NCBI GenBank assembly: GCA_016763235.1
Contig: JAESUE010000379.1
Coordinates: forward strand, 1 to 36,604
Reading direction: 5' to 3'
DNA: 36,604 nucleotides
Source of the DNA: Pseudomonadales bacterium
Lineage (GTDB): Bacteria; Pseudomonadota; Gammaproteobacteria; Pseudomonadales; UBA3067
The translations under genes and the position numbers were made by a program. Every line of letters begins with the position of its first letter. The stretch's first letter is position 1. Below the pieces are notes generated by a model. That model was not told the DNA's origin and searched no databases. It saw nothing but the letters and a program-made list of their open reading frames with translations. This document shows, piece by piece, positions 9,988 through 19,086 of this stretch.

Positions 9988-11145
9988 CATATGGCCTGGA
10001 ACGAACCTGGCGGAGGAAAGAAAGACAAAGACCCTTGGGGTGGAAAAAAAAATAACCAAGGGCCACCTGATCTAGATGAAGTAATGAAAAAACTTCAAGA
10101 TAAATTTGGCGGTGCTTTTGGTGGTGGGTCGGGTAATGGTGTGCCAGGTAGCCCAATGAAGTTGTTTGGTGGCTTAGGTGTGCTGGCTCTTCTTGCTTGG
10201 TTTTTCTTTGGGTTTTACCAAGTAAGCCAAGGGGAAGAAGCCGTTATTCTTCGATTCGGTTCCTATAACACGACAGTTGGGCCAGGTTTGCAATGGAACC
10301 CACCCCTTATTGATCGCGTTTACAAAGTAGATGTTCAGCGTTTAGAGTCTATGAGTGCCCGAGCCAACATGCTTACTATTGATGAAAACATCGTAGAGGT
10401 AGCGCTTGTGGTTCAATATCGTATTGGTAGCGCAAAGGATTATGTTCTTGAAATGAGCCAACCCGAAGCGGGCTTGCATCATGCAACTGAAAGCGCACTG
10501 CGTCATGTAGTCGGTAGTACTTCCATGTCTGATGTTATTACTGAAGGGCGAGAAGTCATGGGGCAGCAAGTTCATGTGCAGCTGCAAGAGATGCTAGATC
10601 GATACCACTCTGGGTTGGACGTTCGAAAGGTGAGCATTCAGGCATCGGATCCGCCGAAAGCGGTAAAAGATTCTTTTGATGATGTAATTAAAGCAAAAGA
10701 AGATAAAGAGCGCTTAAAAAATGAAGCTGAAAGTTATGCAAATGGCATCATTCCAGAAGCTCGTGGTTATGCCCAGCGCGTATTTGAAGAAGCTAGCGGT
10801 TATAAAGAGGAAGTCACTGCACGAGCAGAAGGTGAGGCGAACCGTTTTGGTCGCGTATTGACAGAATATCAAAAAGCACCAGGCGTTACTCGGCAACGAC
10901 TTTATATTGAAGCGATGGAAAGTGTTCTTGCCAATTCTACGAAAATTATGGTGGACATAGACGGTGGCAATAACATGATTTATTTACCGTTAGATAAAAT
11001 AATGAATCGATCACAGAGCTACAATCAGTCGCAGCAATTAAGTTCTGCTGATTCTGATGTGCTTCAAAACGCTATTCGCAGAGGCTCGAGCCTTACAGAT
11101 AGGGCGAGAACGATTCAGGACATTAGACGAAGGGAGGCGCGATAA
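9988..11145 (+). CDS. hflK: FtsH protease modulator HflK
   Basis: MAWNEPGGG...DPWGG N-terminus typical of HflK and an SPFH/band-7 domain. GGAGA lies 3 nt upstream of the ATG at 9988. The ORF is open from 9979. Confidence 0.92.
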   Translation, partial: HMAWNEPGGGKKDKDPWGGKKNNQGPPDLDEVMKKLQDKFGGAFGGGSGNGVPGSPMKLFGGLGVLALLAWFFFGFYQVSQGEEAVILRFGSYNTTVGPGLQWNPPLIDRVYKVDVQRLESMSARANMLTIDENIVEVALVVQYRIGSAKDYVLEMSQPEAGLHHATESALRHVVGSTSMSDVITEGREVMGQQVHVQLQEMLDRYHSGLDVRKVSIQASDPPKAVKDSFDDVIKAKEDKERLKNEAESYANGIIPEARGYAQRVFEEASGYKEEVTARAEGEANRFGRVLTEYQKAPGVTRQRLYIEAMESVLANSTKIMVDIDGGNNMIYLPLDKIMNRSQSYNQSQQLSSADSDVLQNAIRRGSSLTDRARTIQDIRRREAR

Positions 11146-12023
11146 TGAGCCCTAAAACACTCGCATTATTGGTTATTATGGGTGCTGGACTATTAGTCTT
11201 GTCATCATCCATTTATGTTGTTCAGGAAGTAGAGCGTGGCGTTAAACTGCGCTTTAAAGAGGTCGTTGACGCGAATCTTTCACCTGGGCTGGGTTTTAAA
11301 GTTCCTTTTATTGAGCAGATAATGAAATTCGATGGCCGGCTACAAGTGCTTGATGCTCCGCCTGAAGAATATCTAACCCAAGAGAAAAAGCGACTTCTTG
11401 TAGACTCCTACATCACTTGGAAAATTTATAACGTACAAACTTATTTCACTTCTACAGGTGGCGGAAATATCCGTAACGCTTCGCGTTTATTGGCCCCCAG
11501 GGTGAATAACGGCTTGCGTGATCAGTTTGGTAAACGATCGGTTCATGAAGTGGTATCTGGTGAGCGAGAAGAGCTTATGGTGGAGCTTACTTCAAATTTA
11601 AATAAGCTTACTCAAGATGAACTTGGAATTACGATCGTTGATATTCGACTCAAGAAAATCGAGCTGCCTGCGGCTGCGAGCGAAGCTGTTTATGCGCGTA
11701 TGAGAGCAGAGCGAGATAGGGAGGCGAAAGAATATCGTTCAACCGGTAAGGAGCTGGCAGAAGGTATTCGTGCTGATGCAGACCGGCAAGAGCGTGTTCT
11801 TCGCGCCGAAGCATACCGAGATGCTGAAAAGGTTCGTGGTGAGGGTGACGCGGTTGCCTCTGCTATATACGCCAAAGCTTATTCCGCTGATCCAGAGTTT
11901 TACGGTTTTTACCGAAGCTTGGATGCGTATAAAAAGGTATTCAGCTCAAAAGATGATTTGATTGTTTTGAAACCTGACAGCGAGTTCTTCGACTATTTAA
12001 AGGCAAGTAAAATAAGTCGATAG
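11145..12023 (+). CDS. hflC: FtsH protease modulator HflC
   Basis: SPFH domain and N-terminal TM helix. TAATG stop/start overlap with hflK. Confidence 0.92.
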   Translation: MSPKTLALLVIMGAGLLVLSSSIYVVQEVERGVKLRFKEVVDANLSPGLGFKVPFIEQIMKFDGRLQVLDAPPEEYLTQEKKRLLVDSYITWKIYNVQTYFTSTGGGNIRNASRLLAPRVNNGLRDQFGKRSVHEVVSGEREELMVELTSNLNKLTQDELGITIVDIRLKKIELPAAASEAVYARMRAERDREAKEYRSTGKELAEGIRADADRQERVLRAEAYRDAEKVRGEGDAVASAIYAKAYSADPEFYGFYRSLDAYKKVFSSKDDLIVLKPDSEFFDYLKASKISR

Positions 12024-12046
12024 TTCGTCTAAAAGGTGTAAAGATT

Positions 12047-12077
12047 AAAAGCGGGAATAACTTCCCGCTTTTTTTTG
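12047..12077 (+). terminator. Rho-independent terminator of the hfq-hflXKC block
   Basis: Stem GCGGGAA (12051-12057), loop TAAC, stem TTCCCGC (12062-12068), T8 run. Confidence 0.8.
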
Positions 12078-12261
12078 CCCTTTATTTGCATACTTCAAGA
12101 GCGCTCAGGTTGATAGGGCTGCTTTAGCGTAAAAATTCCTATTCATTCCTGCTACCGTCTTATATACCCGCAACGAGTTGGGCCTTATTAGCATGTCTCT
12201 TTCTCTGATGGTTCGTTACTCCGCCCCGCCAGTAAAAATAGATACCCTCTAGCGTCACTAT

Positions 12262-12301
12262 CTATAACGCGATGGACATACTCTATAACGCGATGGGCAT
12301 A
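12262..12301 (+). repeat. Two tandem near-identical 19-nt units with a 21-bp period, upstream of the orphan gene at 12367
   Basis: CTATAACGCGATGGACATA (12262-12280) and CTATAACGCGATGGGCATA (12283-12301); 18/19 identical. Confidence 0.7.
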
Positions 12302-12366
12302 TTAGGCATTATTTTTGCTCTGTATCATACATAAGCACTTAATCGTCAAATATTCGGGTTGAATGT

Positions 12367-13800
12367 ATGAGCTTACTTAACACCACTCAAATCAGCGGGA
12401 ATGGCGCCAATCTACCAGTTTCAAGAGCAAAAACTACTGGTAGCAAGCGTCGAAAACTGGTTAAAAAAAGCCAAGCACTTGAAAATATAGAAAATTTATC
12501 GCCGATATTAGAAGAGTCGGTAAAACCTTCTTTTATTTCAAAAGAAAGTACTTTCAAGGAGCAATTGGCCGGTAGCGTATTTCAAAAGCAGCTCTCTGAA
12601 CACTTAAGCAGAAAAGTGAGTCAGCTTTTTGACGGAATTCGAGATGAAATCGATAAGGCAGAGCGACGCAGGGCGATTACTGCTCCGATGTATGATGCCA
12701 AGTCATTGTCATTTGAACAAACGATACTGGATGTATCCTTCTCCTATTTATCTCGCATAAATCACGCAATTACTGCAATCGCAAACCAAGGTGATTTTTC
12801 TTATGCGCTAAACGAAGCAAGTCGGGTTTTTGAAGCCATTGATAATGGCTTCTCTTCAACCGTTGTGGAGATAAAAGAACTGGGGATTTTTAACAGCGAT
12901 ATGGCAAGTTCATTTTCCATGGCCAAATCAACGATGGAAAATGGCTTGCTTAAAAATGCGACTAAAGTTCTTGAGGCCGATACTGCATTTATAAAACCAG
13001 ATGCGGGCATTAGGGCTAAGCCAAGCAAACCGACCTTTGATAGCTTAAAGCTCAGTGATAGTGAATTTAAGGCGCGTCTATTGTCTAGATATAACACTAA
13101 CTCCTATCAAGAGTCACCGTTCTCATACGATGAAAAAATCCATGCTGGAATTGAAGCCGAGAATATTACCATTGTAACTATGCAGGCTGTTACGGGCGAG
13201 AGCGTTGATATTTATTTGGCCAATGAAGTTAACGTTCCCTTGGCGGAAAAGTGGTTCTACCAATCAGAAAAAATTGTAGAGAGTATTTTAATCCAGAGAA
13301 ATCGATATGTGAAGCTGCTTGCTGGATTTTCCAGTCATTTGGAAGGCAGTGAAATAGATGCAGTCAGGCATTTGTTGCATCGATTTGTACAGCTTGGTGA
13401 TGGTTATTTTATTAATAGAATAGGCCAATCTTACCTCGCGGCGGAAAGTTACGGATATAGTAACGGCGAGCTTGCAGCATATTTAATGGATGGTCACAGG
13501 AAGTTATACCGAAAAAATATTGATGTATATCACCACATATCTAGGGATTTGGTGAAAACGAATAACAGTGAAAATGTTGATGAATTAGACCTTCTGGAGG
13601 GTTTTGTTCAAGAACTCAACGATTTAATGTTTGTTTCAAAGGAGTTTGGAATAAAAGAGGGTGATGAGTTTGTGGCATCAGTGCTTCAGACTATAATTTC
13701 TTACGATGGGCGTGGGGATTATAATTTTTATCGATCCGATATTGATAGTGCAGAGGTAATAGACTGTTTAATTAAAGGGCTTAGAGAGGTGGGCCTTTAA
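12367..13800 (+). CDS. Hypothetical protein, 477 aa, no recognised domain; basic KRRKLVKK patch near the N-terminus
   Basis: Long clean ORF in an AT-rich segment. No signal peptide or TM helix seen and no motif I can name. Confidence 0.6.
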   Translation: MSLLNTTQISGNGANLPVSRAKTTGSKRRKLVKKSQALENIENLSPILEESVKPSFISKESTFKEQLAGSVFQKQLSEHLSRKVSQLFDGIRDEIDKAERRRAITAPMYDAKSLSFEQTILDVSFSYLSRINHAITAIANQGDFSYALNEASRVFEAIDNGFSSTVVEIKELGIFNSDMASSFSMAKSTMENGLLKNATKVLEADTAFIKPDAGIRAKPSKPTFDSLKLSDSEFKARLLSRYNTNSYQESPFSYDEKIHAGIEAENITIVTMQAVTGESVDIYLANEVNVPLAEKWFYQSEKIVESILIQRNRYVKLLAGFSSHLEGSEIDAVRHLLHRFVQLGDGYFINRIGQSYLAAESYGYSNGELAAYLMDGHRKLYRKNIDVYHHISRDLVKTNNSENVDELDLLEGFVQELNDLMFVSKEFGIKEGDEFVASVLQTIISYDGRGDYNFYRSDIDSAEVIDCLIKGLREVGL

Positions 13801-14029
13801 ATAATTTCACAGCATCAATATTATTGTTCGGTTAATCGTAGATTAGAGCCATTTTTTGGTTTATAGAGAGTGGCTGAGTAGTTACTAGCGCCTTGCCTTG
13901 GCGGTGAAAAAATAGGCATCTCTATTCTATAATATTATGGGTATACGAGCTTAAGCTTAAGAGGCGTTTGTAATATGTTGATGGTTTTTTTCCTATTTCA
14001 AAAAATCCAATATTTTTGGGCATTATAAT

Positions 14030-15133
14030 ATGGCGATATTATTGCTCCTTTTCGGGGCCTCTTTATATACTCTTACTTTCGTTGTTTACATTATTAGAGT
14101 ATTCCCTACTCAGAAATTCACAACAATAGTGATGCTGCTGTTCCCCCCCTTGGTATTTGCAAACTTTATTGTTAATAAAAGGGAATTTGGCACTTTGCTT
14201 GTCTTGCAGCTATTGGGGGTTCTCCTTTTATCTGGTGGCGCAGTGATGCAATACCCTGAGGTGGTACGTGAATACACGGGGCTTGATCTGGGTACTTTAT
14301 TTTCTGAGGAGCCTGCCTTGAATCGGGTTGTTCGAACAAAAAAACACGAAGATAATATCTCTCTGCCAGTAAATAAAAAAAGCCAATCGCGAAGTGATAA
14401 AGATGCTGACTCCCTCAATTCTTTTAGCACAACAGAAAGACAAAATCATTCAAGCCAAAATATAGATAACTTGGACATAAGTGATTCTATCGGGGAGTCG
14501 TTCATGCCAGAAACTGCTAATGTCGAGCTGATTCCTCTTTCTGGAGAAGAAGAGATTGGCGAGTCTGCATTAGGCAGAAAAGATGAATCTGAACCCGGTG
14601 AAAAAGCTAATTCTACTGATGCGCTTTCTACGAGCGATAACGTTTTTTGGGTGGATGATGAAGAGGATGAATCCATGTCAATGGGTGGCAGCATTGACAT
14701 AACTGGAGTTGATATTCAGCCGGAGGTCGATGAACGTGTTGGTTTAAGCCAGGCAGTGCAAAATGATTTACAGCCTCAAATCGTTCAGGAAACTATCGCG
14801 ACTGATGAAAGCCAAGTCTCTACCCAAACTGTTTTAATGGAGCAGGCGGTTCAGAATATCATCGAGCCAAAATTTGAAAAAATTCCGGCATATATTTTAG
14901 AAGAGCGAGAAAGAGTTAAAGAAAAACAGGCGGCGATGGAAGTTATTGCTGAGTGGCTTAGTCCGAAGGTGGGGAAAATGATTACTGTTGTCAAAAAAGA
15001 CGGGAAAACCGAAGTAGGTAAACTTACCCGTGTAAGTAATAAAAATATCACCTTGGAAAAGCGAATTGGTGCAGGTGTTATGGAAAATTTCATTAAACTT
15101 GAGGATATTGATGAGGCGGGGGAAGCGGAGTAG
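14030..15133 (+). CDS. Hypothetical membrane protein, 367 aa: three N-terminal TM helices, a long acidic Ser/Asp/Glu-rich region and a small C-terminal globular domain
   Basis: Hydrophobic stretches at residues about 2-25, 30-49 and 54-74, then about 200 aa of D/E/S-rich low complexity, then KMITVVKKDGKTEVGKLTRVSNKNITLEKR. Confidence 0.55.
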   Translation: MAILLLLFGASLYTLTFVVYIIRVFPTQKFTTIVMLLFPPLVFANFIVNKREFGTLLVLQLLGVLLLSGGAVMQYPEVVREYTGLDLGTLFSEEPALNRVVRTKKHEDNISLPVNKKSQSRSDKDADSLNSFSTTERQNHSSQNIDNLDISDSIGESFMPETANVELIPLSGEEEIGESALGRKDESEPGEKANSTDALSTSDNVFWVDDEEDESMSMGGSIDITGVDIQPEVDERVGLSQAVQNDLQPQIVQETIATDESQVSTQTVLMEQAVQNIIEPKFEKIPAYILEERERVKEKQAAMEVIAEWLSPKVGKMITVVKKDGKTEVGKLTRVSNKNITLEKRIGAGVMENFIKLEDIDEAGEAE

Positions 15134-15363
15134 CTTGAGTTGAACAGTGATACCTTGTTTAGCTGTGGCAACTGAGGGCAAAAATAAATGTTATCAGTTG
15201 GATATGGTTTTTTCAGTCGCTAGCTATCACTCTTGGGGTTTTTAATGACCACATAGAAGTGTGTGCAGAGTATGGGCAACCGTTTTTTTGGCCTAGCACA
15301 GAAATTTTTTTCTAGGTAGGATGGGTGCTTTTTAAGGTCTTTCTATATGCGTCGTTTACATCA

Positions 15364-16296
15364 ATGAAAATAGCCCTGGCCCCCATGGAGGGCGTCTGTG
15401 ATGTCCATCTACGTCAGGTCCTTACCGCTATGGGAGGGTTTGATTATTGTGTTACCGAGTTTATTCGCGTTTCAAGCATGTTGCTCCCTGAAAAGGTTTT
15501 CTATCGTGATTGCCCTGAATTAAAAGTGGGTGCTAAAACCGCATCAGGGGTGCCGGTTCACCTTCAGCTATTGGGTAGTGAACCAACATTGATGGCTGAA
15601 AATGCCGCTCGTGCTGCTGAGTTAGGGGCACCGGTGATTGATTTAAATTTCGGCTGTCCTTCTAAATGCGTTAATAAGAGTGCAGGTGGTTCCTATCTTT
15701 TACAGTTCCCCGAGCAGTTGTTTAGCATTGTAGATGCTGTGCGCAAGGCCGTTCCCGCTGCCGTGCCTGTTACTGCGAAGATGCGTTTGGGATTTGCAGA
15801 TAAATCCTTAGCGATTGAAAATGCTTTGGCCTTGGAAGCAGGAGGAGCGAGTTGGTTGACGGTGCACGGGCGTACTAAGCTTGAAGGGTATCGCCCTCCA
15901 GCACACTGGCATTGGATTGGGCGTATTAATGACGCGGTATCTATTCCGGTTGTGGCTAATGGTGAAATCTGGACAAAGGCCGATGCCTTAGCCTGCCAAG
16001 CTGAGAGCGGCTGCGAACGAATCATGCTTGGTAGAGGGGCTTTAGCGTGTCCAGATTTGGCATCTGTAATTAAAAGTGAGTCTGCGGAAGTGATGCCGTG
16101 GTCTGATGTTAAGCATGTTTTTATTCGTTATTGTGACTTGATTGAAAATACGGGCTTGCCTGTGCAGGTTGCTGGGCGTTTGAAGCAGTGGTTGGCCTTT
16201 CTGCAGAAGTCTTATGCTGAAGCGGGGGCATTGTTGATGGAAGTGAAAACACTGAAGTGCCCGAATAAGATATCGAGGAGAGTTTTGCAAAGTTAA
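15364..16296 (+). CDS. dusC: tRNA-dihydrouridine(16) synthase DusC
   Basis: MKIALAPMEGV start matches the usual DusC N-terminus; DLNFGCPSK and VHGRTK motifs. The ORF is open from 15325 (GTG). Confidence 0.88.
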   Translation: MKIALAPMEGVCDVHLRQVLTAMGGFDYCVTEFIRVSSMLLPEKVFYRDCPELKVGAKTASGVPVHLQLLGSEPTLMAENAARAAELGAPVIDLNFGCPSKCVNKSAGGSYLLQFPEQLFSIVDAVRKAVPAAVPVTAKMRLGFADKSLAIENALALEAGGASWLTVHGRTKLEGYRPPAHWHWIGRINDAVSIPVVANGEIWTKADALACQAESGCERIMLGRGALACPDLASVIKSESAEVMPWSDVKHVFIRYCDLIENTGLPVQVAGRLKQWLAFLQKSYAEAGALLMEVKTLKCPNKISRRVLQS

Positions 16297-16325
16297 GGTT
16301 TTTTTCGGTTTATATAAAAAGAAAA

Positions 16326-16455
16326 GTAACACCTTCGCGAATCCTGTAACTGTTCAAATTTGAGCAGAACACGGCGAGAAATGTGAGTTTATACGTATAA
16401 ATGATTATTATGTAACACAGTTATGCACGAATTTTAGCACGAGATGAGTCGTTAA
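16326..16455 (+). repeat. MITE-like palindromic repeat, copy B (130 bp, degraded termini)
   Basis: Collinear with copy F over the full length, including CTGTTCAAATTTG.GCAGAAC...GAGTTTATACG.ATAAATGAT...GTTATGCACGAATTT. A-rich flanks AAAGAAAA and AAACAAAA. Confidence 0.75.
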
Positions 16456-16459
16456 AAAC

Positions 16460-16491
16460 AAAAAAGGGCAGCTAAAGGGCTGCCCTTTTTG
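16460..16491. terminator. Bidirectional rho-independent terminator between convergent dusC and the acyl-CoA synthetase gene
   Basis: A-run, stem GGGCAGC (16466-16472), stem GCTGCCC (16479-16485), T5 run. Confidence 0.8.
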
Positions 16492-16506
16492 CGTAAGAAA
16501 TATCGC

Positions 16507-18324
16507 TTAGAAGCGATGCTTTCCGGAGTTTATTTCTTTGAATAGCTCAGGAGTGATTTTTTGATACTTCCCGCCCAATAAGGCGTAAAGCGTATCGCTT
16601 ATTTTACTAGGGTCATAACCCTCTTTCTTTAAATCAGACTTTTTATACTTAAAGGTTGCAGTGGTTTCCATTGCAGGCTTAATGCGAATGAAAAGTGGAA
16701 TGGCGTAAGGAGGCATTTCTGATTTCATGTAGCTTAGTAATGCTTCCAGTTTAAGATCTTTTGTTGCTGCAGCGGGAGTAAGAGATACCATTCCTGCGCG
16801 GCCGTTGGTTTCAGGGATCTCTACACCATAAACTACGGCATCCTCAAAACCGGGGAAACCATGCAGTATGTTTTCCACTTCCGTGGTGGATACGTTTTCT
16901 CCTTTCCAACGGAAGGTGTCACCTAAGCGGTCAACAAATTGATAGTGCATGCATCCGATGTTTTTCAGGAGGTCGCCCGTGTTGAAATAACAGTCACCTT
17001 TTTTGAAAACATCTCGAAGTAGAGCGCCTTCGGTTTTATCTTTTTGGGTATAACCAATAAATGGGGTGGCTTTGGTGACTTTGCCTATCATAAGCCCTGG
17101 CTCGCCTTTATCGGCCTTTATAAAAAAGCCTTTAGCATCTTTAACAGGCTTCTCTTCTTCGCGGTCATATTTGACCAAGGCAATGTTTCCGCCGCCAAAC
17201 CCAATGGTATTCTCAAGGTTAAAGAGGTTGAAAAAGGCAACGTTTCCTTCGCTGGAAGCATAAAACTCCACCACGGTTTTTATGCCGAAGCGTTTTTTGA
17301 ACTGAGGCCAGATGGATGGACGTAAGCCATTTCCGATGATGGTATGGATGGTGTTATTCACATCATCGGGTTTTTCAGGGACGTTCATCAAGTAGCGGCA
17401 TAGCTCTCCAACGTAACCAAAGGCCGTACACTGGTATTTTTCAACATCTGTCCAAAAATTACTGGTGCTGAATTTTCGAGCGGGTACGATAGCTGCACCG
17501 GCATTTAATACGCCGCCAGCCCAGCAAACCAATAGACCTGTCGCATGATAGAGAGGCAGGGTGGCATATAGAATATCCTTGCTACTCAGGTTGGCAAATA
17601 TTCCTCCGCCTCCGTAAGCACCAAGAAAACGCTCGTGATTGGTGATGGATGCTTTTGGCATGCCTGTCGTGCCGGATGTATAAATATAGAAAAGGTGGTC
17701 AGATTTGCATATTGCATCGGTGGCAATGGGGTTGGTATTAGGCTGGTCTTGCATTTCGGCACCCAGGTTTACGTAACCGCGCGGAGCCTTTCCAGGGTTT
17801 TCGAATGCATCCCAGTCACCCACGAAGAAGGCTTTATCCTTGGGAACAACCAAGTCATTGCGCACTTCTTTATAGGCGGCGAGCTGTTCTTCGCCAATAA
17901 TTGCGGCAACAGGAGAAACCAGGTTAATGCTGTGGGTCAGTACTTTCTGGGTTTGAGATGTATTGAGCAGGGCTGCAATGGCCCCTGTTTTAGCAATGCC
18001 TGTTACGCAGATAAGGAATTCTGCACGGTTTTGCATAGAAAGAGCAACGGTGTCTCCCTTTTTGACGCCGATAGAAATTAGGTAATGTGCCAATTGGTTT
18101 GCGTGGCGATTAAGCTCTGCGTATGTGACTTTGCGGTTGTCTTGATAGATCGCAACATTGTTAGGGCTGGCGGCGGCAATATCAGCTATCACGGCTCCCA
18201 TAGAGTATTTCTCAAGCCTGGGGTTGAGTACTTTGGCGGCTTTGCCGATTTTCGGTATCCGTTTTATTAATCCGGGGACTCTCTTTATGACGTCGGTTAG
18301 TGCAATAGTGTCTGTATTACGCAT
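16507..18324 (-). CDS. Long-chain/very-long-chain acyl-CoA synthetase of the FATP-like subfamily
   Basis: YIYTSGTTGMPKA AMP-binding motif and FVDRLGDTFRWKGENVST FATP-type signature. The ATG at 18324 is preceded by AGGAGA. The ORF is open to 18384. Confidence 0.85.
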   Translation of the reverse strand: MRNTDTIALTDVIKRVPGLIKRIPKIGKAAKVLNPRLEKYSMGAVIADIAAASPNNVAIYQDNRKVTYAELNRHANQLAHYLISIGVKKGDTVALSMQNRAEFLICVTGIAKTGAIAALLNTSQTQKVLTHSINLVSPVAAIIGEEQLAAYKEVRNDLVVPKDKAFFVGDWDAFENPGKAPRGYVNLGAEMQDQPNTNPIATDAICKSDHLFYIYTSGTTGMPKASITNHERFLGAYGGGGIFANLSSKDILYATLPLYHATGLLVCWAGGVLNAGAAIVPARKFSTSNFWTDVEKYQCTAFGYVGELCRYLMNVPEKPDDVNNTIHTIIGNGLRPSIWPQFKKRFGIKTVVEFYASSEGNVAFFNLFNLENTIGFGGGNIALVKYDREEEKPVKDAKGFFIKADKGEPGLMIGKVTKATPFIGYTQKDKTEGALLRDVFKKGDCYFNTGDLLKNIGCMHYQFVDRLGDTFRWKGENVSTTEVENILHGFPGFEDAVVYGVEIPETNGRAGMVSLTPAAATKDLKLEALLSYMKSEMPPYAIPLFIRIKPAMETTATFKYKKSDLKKEGYDPSKISDTLYALLGGKYQKITPELFKEINSGKHRF

Positions 18325-18638
18325 TGTTTGTCTCCTAAATAGTGGCAATCTCTGCAGATTGTTGGGAAACCCTACAGTCGGCACTTAACAGCGTTAAAAT
18401 ATGCCTTTCCTTGTATTGAACTGGGGTTTCTTTCAGTCGCCTGCCAAGGTGTGGAGTGTGGTTTCTTTGTTTGTAAGGGTGAGGATTGTACATTAACTTG
18501 GATATTCTATTAACCCCTCTAGGAACTACGAGTAGAGCTTGGGTGAAATTGGATCAATATTATAGAAAAAGGCCACTTAGTCTTATAATGCGAATCTCAA
18601 ATAGAAGTCATTTTTCAATGCTTTATTTGGGGGGTAAT

Positions 18639-19054
18639 ATGGCAAAGGTCTATCAGGTAAACGGTGTCAAACGTTTGGCTGTGGCGGAGTTTTCATCGCT
18701 TGAGAATTTTAAACTTACACCACTATCGGATATTCAGTCTTTTGATCACTGGCATGAGCACCCCAATTTGCTTATACCGTACGCCATCGATTACAAAAAA
18801 CGGAGCGTTATTTTTGTGGAAACAGCTATTTCAGCTGTTCAATTGATGTTCCAGAACGTGTTTTTCTAGTTCCGTTCGAAGAAGTTTTGGCTCTTGAGCT
18901 GAGTGCTACTGAGGGGGCCGCTGTAAGAAAAGACAATTTGGTTTTTTTGCACCACTAATTTTGGACCAGCGCTATCGTGGAATTACAGCTCAAGGCGGCA
19001 CTGCAATATCCGCTTTATCGTGGCTTTCCACGATGGGCCGAGCGCTTAACGTGA
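18639..19054 (+). pseudogene. Possible decayed gene: three consecutive short reading-frame pieces (a frame change near 18820-18845 and an in-frame TAA at 18956)
   Basis: MAKVYQ... starts at 18639 behind a G-rich RBS. Sense-looking translation continues in another frame (IDVPERVFLVPFEEVLALELS...NLVFLHH*) and resumes after the stop (FWTSAIVELQLKAALQYPLYRGFPRW). No family assigned. Confidence 0.3.
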
Positions 19055-19086
19055 TAAACCAAAGTGATTATATGCTACCAAATACC

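Noticed and set aside
18486-18638. N-terminal 51 codons of the track ORF 18486-18869 (non-ATG start at 18486).
   Set aside because: There is no RBS, the start is non-ATG, and the translation is implausible. The Met at 18639 has a G-rich RBS and is the more likely start of whatever was encoded here.
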